Assembly (NCBI GenBank): GCA_965228775.1
Contig: OZ245840.1
Coordinates: 2,839,862-2,903,861 of the forward strand
DNA: 64,000 bases
Source: Alphaproteobacteria bacterium
Lineage (GTDB): Bacteria; Pseudomonadota; Alphaproteobacteria; JANQMY01
Reading direction: 5' to 3'
Positions 60,423 through 64,000 of the stretch are shown one piece after another. The position numbers and the translations under genes are program-made. Each line of letters starts with the position of its first letter. The stretch's first letter is position 1. The notes under the pieces were generated by a model that saw nothing but the letters and a program-made list of their open reading frames with translations, was not told the origin of the DNA and did not search any database.

Positions 60423-62699
60423 TCAGTGTCCGGATTGTGTGCAGGCATCGAAGGCTGCCATCGCCGCCATGGTCGTGATGTCCGAGGCGCTGCCGCCCAA
60501 TGGCGCGATCTGAACCGGTTTCGACAAGCCCACCAGGAACGGTCCCAGCACCGTACATCCGCCCAGCGTTTGCAGCAGCTTCGTCCCGATCGAGGCGGAA
60601 TGGATGGCCGGCATGATCAAAACATTGGCTGGGCCGCTGAGGCGGCAGAACGGATAAAGGTTCCGGGCATCCTCGTCGAGCGCCACGTCCACCGCCATCT
60701 CGCCGTCATATTCGAAATCCACATTGCGGCTTCCAAGAATGTCGACCGCCTCGCGCACGCGGGTTGAGCGCTCCCCCTGCGGTTGCCCAAAGGTGGAATA
60801 GGCCAGAAACGCAACCCGTGGCTCGTAGCCCATCCGCCGCGCAACGCGTGCCGATTGCTCAGCGATGCCTGCGAGTTCATGGGCGGTCGGCATTTCATGG
60901 ATGTTGGTGTCCGCAACGAAGACCGTGCGTCCGCGCGCCAATACGATGGACAGGCCGATCACATGGTCGTCCTCCACCGTGTCGATCACCCGGCACACAT
61001 CGTCGAAGGCAACCGCGTAGTTGCGCGTCACGCCCGTGACCATCGCATCGGCGCGCCCGGTCATCACCATGGAGGCGCCGAAAACGTTGCGGTCATTGTT
61101 TACAAGACGCATGCAATCCCGGCGCAGCATGCCCTTTCGCTGCATGCGCTCATAAAGGGCTTCCACATATTCCGGGCCGTCTTCGGATTTGCTGGCATTG
61201 TGGATTTCCAGATCCTCCAGCCGCGACAGGCCCATATTGTCCATGGTCTGATAGATCCGGTCCTCGCGGCCAATCAGGACTGGTGTGCCCATGCCGCTGG
61301 ACCGGAAAGCGATGGCGGCGCGGATGACGGCTTCCTCTTCGCCTTCCGCGAACACCACCCGCTTGGGGTTGGCCCGCACGCGGTCTGTGATCATCTGCAG
61401 CAAGGCGGCCGTTGGATCGAGGCGTCGTGAGAGCTCATTTTTATAGCCGTCCAGATCCACGATCGGCCGCCGGGCAACGCCGGAATCCATGGCCGCTTTC
61501 GCGACAGCGATGGGCACGCAGCTGATCAAGCGCGGGTCGAAAGGCACGGGAATGATGTAGCCTGGGCCGTATTGAGGGCGGGCGCCTGCATAGGCTTCAG
61601 CCACTTCGTCGGGCACGTCTTCCCGGGCAAGCTCCGCCAGCGATTCAGCGGCGGCGATTTTCATCTCTTCATTGATGGTGGTGGCCCGCACATCCAATGC
61701 GCCCCGGAAGATGTAAGGGAAACCCAGCACGTTGTTGACCTGGTTCGGATAGTCCGACCGGCCGGTTGCCATAATGGCGTCATCGCGAAGCTCCGCCACT
61801 TCTTCAGGCGTAATTTCCGGGTCCGGGTTGGCCATGGCGAAAATGATGGGATTTTTCGACATGGACAGCACCATCTTCGGCGTTAGTGCCCCTTTGACCG
61901 ACAGGCCGAAGAACACGTCGGCGCCTTCCATCGCCTCTTCGAGGGTGCGCGCCGGTGTGTCCACCGCATGAGCCGATTTCCACTGGTTCATGCGTTCTTC
62001 GCGTCCCTGATAGATAACGCCGCGGCTGTCACACAGAATGACATTGTCGTGCGGCATGCCCATGGCCTTGACCAGTTCGAGACACGCAATGCCGGCAGAA
62101 CCGGCACCATTGACCACCATTTTGGTCTCGCGGATGTCGCGGCCGGTGAGTTCCAGTGCATTGATCAATCCGGCGGCGGCGATGATGGCCGTACCATGCT
62201 GGTCGTCATGGAAAACGGGAATGGTCATGGCTTCGCGCAAGCGCTGCTCGATGATGAAACAGTCTGGTGCCTTAATGTCTTCCAGATTGATGCCGCCAAA
62301 GGTCGATCCCAAAAACCGCACGCAATTGACGAACTCGTCCACATCGTCGGTATCCACCTCGATGTCGATGGAATCCACGTCAGCAAAGCGCTTGAACAAG
62401 ACGGCCTTGCCTTCCATGACGGGCTTGGCGGCGAGCGGGCCCAAATCGCCCAGCCCCAGGATGGCGGTTCCGTTGGAAATCACCGCAACCATGTTCCCTT
62501 TGGCCGTATAGTCATAGGCCGTGTTCGGATCATCGGCGATGGCGCGCACCGGCACGGCCACGCCGGGCGAATAGGCCAGGCTCAAATCCCGTTGGGTGGC
62601 CATGGGCTTGGTGGGGCGGATTTCTACTTTGCCGGGCTTGCCCTGCATGTGGAACAGCAGCGCTTCTTCGTCGGTAAATTGCTGTTTGCGGTTTGTCAT
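60423..62699 (-). CDS. maeB: NAD(P)-dependent malic enzyme with a phosphotransacetylase-like domain
   Basis: Motifs LSLAYSPGVA, GGINLEDI, FHDDQHGTAI and RVVFAEGE. Start taken as ATG 62699. Confidence 0.96.
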   Translation of the reverse strand: MTNRKQQFTDEEALLFHMQGKPGKVEIRPTKPMATQRDLSLAYSPGVAVPVRAIADDPNTAYDYTAKGNMVAVISNGTAILGLGDLGPLAAKPVMEGKAVLFKRFADVDSIDIEVDTDDVDEFVNCVRFLGSTFGGINLEDIKAPDCFIIEQRLREAMTIPVFHDDQHGTAIIAAAGLINALELTGRDIRETKMVVNGAGSAGIACLELVKAMGMPHDNVILCDSRGVIYQGREERMNQWKSAHAVDTPARTLEEAMEGADVFFGLSVKGALTPKMVLSMSKNPIIFAMANPDPEITPEEVAELRDDAIMATGRSDYPNQVNNVLGFPYIFRGALDVRATTINEEMKIAAAESLAELAREDVPDEVAEAYAGARPQYGPGYIIPVPFDPRLISCVPIAVAKAAMDSGVARRPIVDLDGYKNELSRRLDPTAALLQMITDRVRANPKRVVFAEGEEEAVIRAAIAFRSSGMGTPVLIGREDRIYQTMDNMGLSRLEDLEIHNASKSEDGPEYVEALYERMQRKGMLRRDCMRLVNNDRNVFGASMVMTGRADAMVTGVTRNYAVAFDDVCRVIDTVEDDHVIGLSIVLARGRTVFVADTNIHEMPTAHELAGIAEQSARVARRMGYEPRVAFLAYSTFGQPQGERSTRVREAVDILGSRNVDFEYDGEMAVDVALDEDARNLYPFCRLSGPANVLIMPAIHSASIGTKLLQTLGGCTVLGPFLVGLSKPVQIAPLGGSASDITTMAAMAAFDACTQSGH

Positions 62700-62861
62700 C
62701 TGCCAGGTACCCCGTCGGAAAGAAGATCGCGGGACAGTGCCCGTCGTGATTTGGACCAGATCATTACCCTGCTGCTCTCTCAGGCTCAAGGCCACGCTCT
62801 AAGAGATTTGGCCGCGTGCCGAAACGCTTGCAATGGCATGTCCACAAGATAGTGTGCGGCC

Positions 62862-64000
62862 ATGTCTCGTCCACTTCCCTCCGCAGAGCCATCAACGGGG
62901 TCTGGCCCCCGCATAGAAACCGCCAAAGACGCATCGTCGCCGCGAAAAAAGGACACGGGCGCCGTCACGCCGATGATGGCTCAGTATCTGGACATCCGTG
63001 CGGCCCATCCCGGTTATCTGTTGTTTTATCGGATGGGCGATTTCTATGAGCTGTTTTTCGAGGACGCTGTGGCCGCCTCGTCCGCGCTCGATATCGCGCT
63101 CACCAAACGCGGCAAACATGCGGGCGCCGATATTCCCATGTGTGGCGTGCCTGTTCACGCGGCAGAGGGATATCTCGAAAGATTGATCGGTAAAGGGTTT
63201 CGGGTCGCGGTGTGCGAGCAGATGGAAGATCCGGCGGAAGCCAAGAAACGCGGGTCGAAAGCCGTCGTCGCCCGGGAAGTGGTGCGGCTTGTGACGCCGG
63301 GGACGATTACGGAAGACACATTGCTTGATTCCCGGGCGCATAACTATCTGGCGGCACTGGCGCGGGTCGGCGGACGCACCGCCGATGCCGGCATGTCCTT
63401 GGCTTGGCTTGACATCTCCACCGGTGAACTGCGCGTTGCGGAAACATTCTCCAGCCAGCTTGCGCCGGACTTGGCGCGGGTGCGGCCGGGCGAAATATTG
63501 GTCGGGGAAACCCTCTTGGAAGACGAAGAGCTTTCCACTCTGCTGGACGAGCAGCCCGCTGTGCAGACGCCTTTGCCCTCGCGCGTGTTTGACAGTGAAA
63601 CGGGCCGTAAGCGTCTGGAAGGCTTGTTCGGCGTGCGCGATTTGGACGGGCTTACGGCGCTCGGGCGCGCTGATACGGCAGCGCTTGGCGCATTGATCGA
63701 TTATGTGGATCTCACACAGAAGGGCCGCCTGCCCTCCATCGCGAAACCCATAAAGGAGAGCCGTGGGTCTCGCATGCTCATCGATCCTGCCACAAGGGCA
63801 AGCTTGGAGATCACGCAGACCCTGTCAGGGATGCGAGACGGCAGCTTGCTTGCGGATATCGACCGCACGGCAACGGGGGCGGGGGGGCGCCTGCTTCTGG
63901 AGCGCCTTGTCAGCCCACTGACGGATTTGGATGAAATCAAACGGCGCCACGACTCGATAGAATATTTCGTGAATACCTCACAGCTGCGCCCAAACATGCT
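62862..64000 (+). CDS. mutS: DNA mismatch repair protein MutS (3' part outside the window)
   Basis: Manual translation from ATG 62862 gives TPMMAQYL...[17 protein letters not shown]...PMCGVP...R.VTPGT. Confidence 0.97.
   Translation, partial: MSRPLPSAEPSTGSGPRIETAKDASSPRKKDTGAVTPMMAQYLDIRAAHPGYLLFYRMGDFYELFFEDAVAASSALDIALTKRGKHAGADIPMCGVPVHAAEGYLERLIGKGFRVAVCEQMEDPAEAKKRGSKAVVAREVVRLVTPGTITEDTLLDSRAHNYLAALARVGGRTADAGMSLAWLDISTGELRVAETFSSQLAPDLARVRPGEILVGETLLEDEELSTLLDEQPAVQTPLPSRVFDSETGRKRLEGLFGVRDLDGLTALGRADTAALGALIDYVDLTQKGRLPSIAKPIKESRGSRMLIDPATRASLEITQTLSGMRDGSLLADIDRTATGAGGRLLLERLVSPLTDLDEIKRRHDSIEYFVNTSQLRPNM

Overview
A chromosomal replication-origin region of an alphaproteobacterium, made up almost entirely of conserved housekeeping genes. 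Left arm: parA (partial), rsmG, mnmG and mnmE with two perfect parS palindromes, then rho, hemJ, hemH and hemE. The origin is an AT-rich gap with DnaA boxes and a DnaA-trio-like element. Right arm: PPDK regulator, maf, aroE, coaE, dnaQ, secB/fxsA/Tim44/mltA/Smr, hslUV, hisBHAF-E, nth, dapB, dnaJK, grpE, hrcA, rph, rdgB, hemW, an LpoA-like gene, rsmI, yraN, gshB, comM, a ShkA-like kinase, ampG, olsB, maeB and mutS (partial). I found no rRNA, tRNA, CRISPR array, transposase, integrase or defence system, and no clear multi-gene novel system. The most unusual items are: (1) a 593-aa, probably inactive prephenate-dehydratase/ACT scaffold with a large insert and a C-terminal membrane anchor; (2) a circularly permuted, Tat-exported flavin amine oxidase; (3) five families of intergenic palindromic elements, some nested inside each other; (4) an AT-rich orphan gene flanked by a degenerate duplicate of the comM 3' end; (5) a possible half beta-barrel gene behind a perfect CtrA box. 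All family assignments come from motif recognition by eye; no database searches were run.
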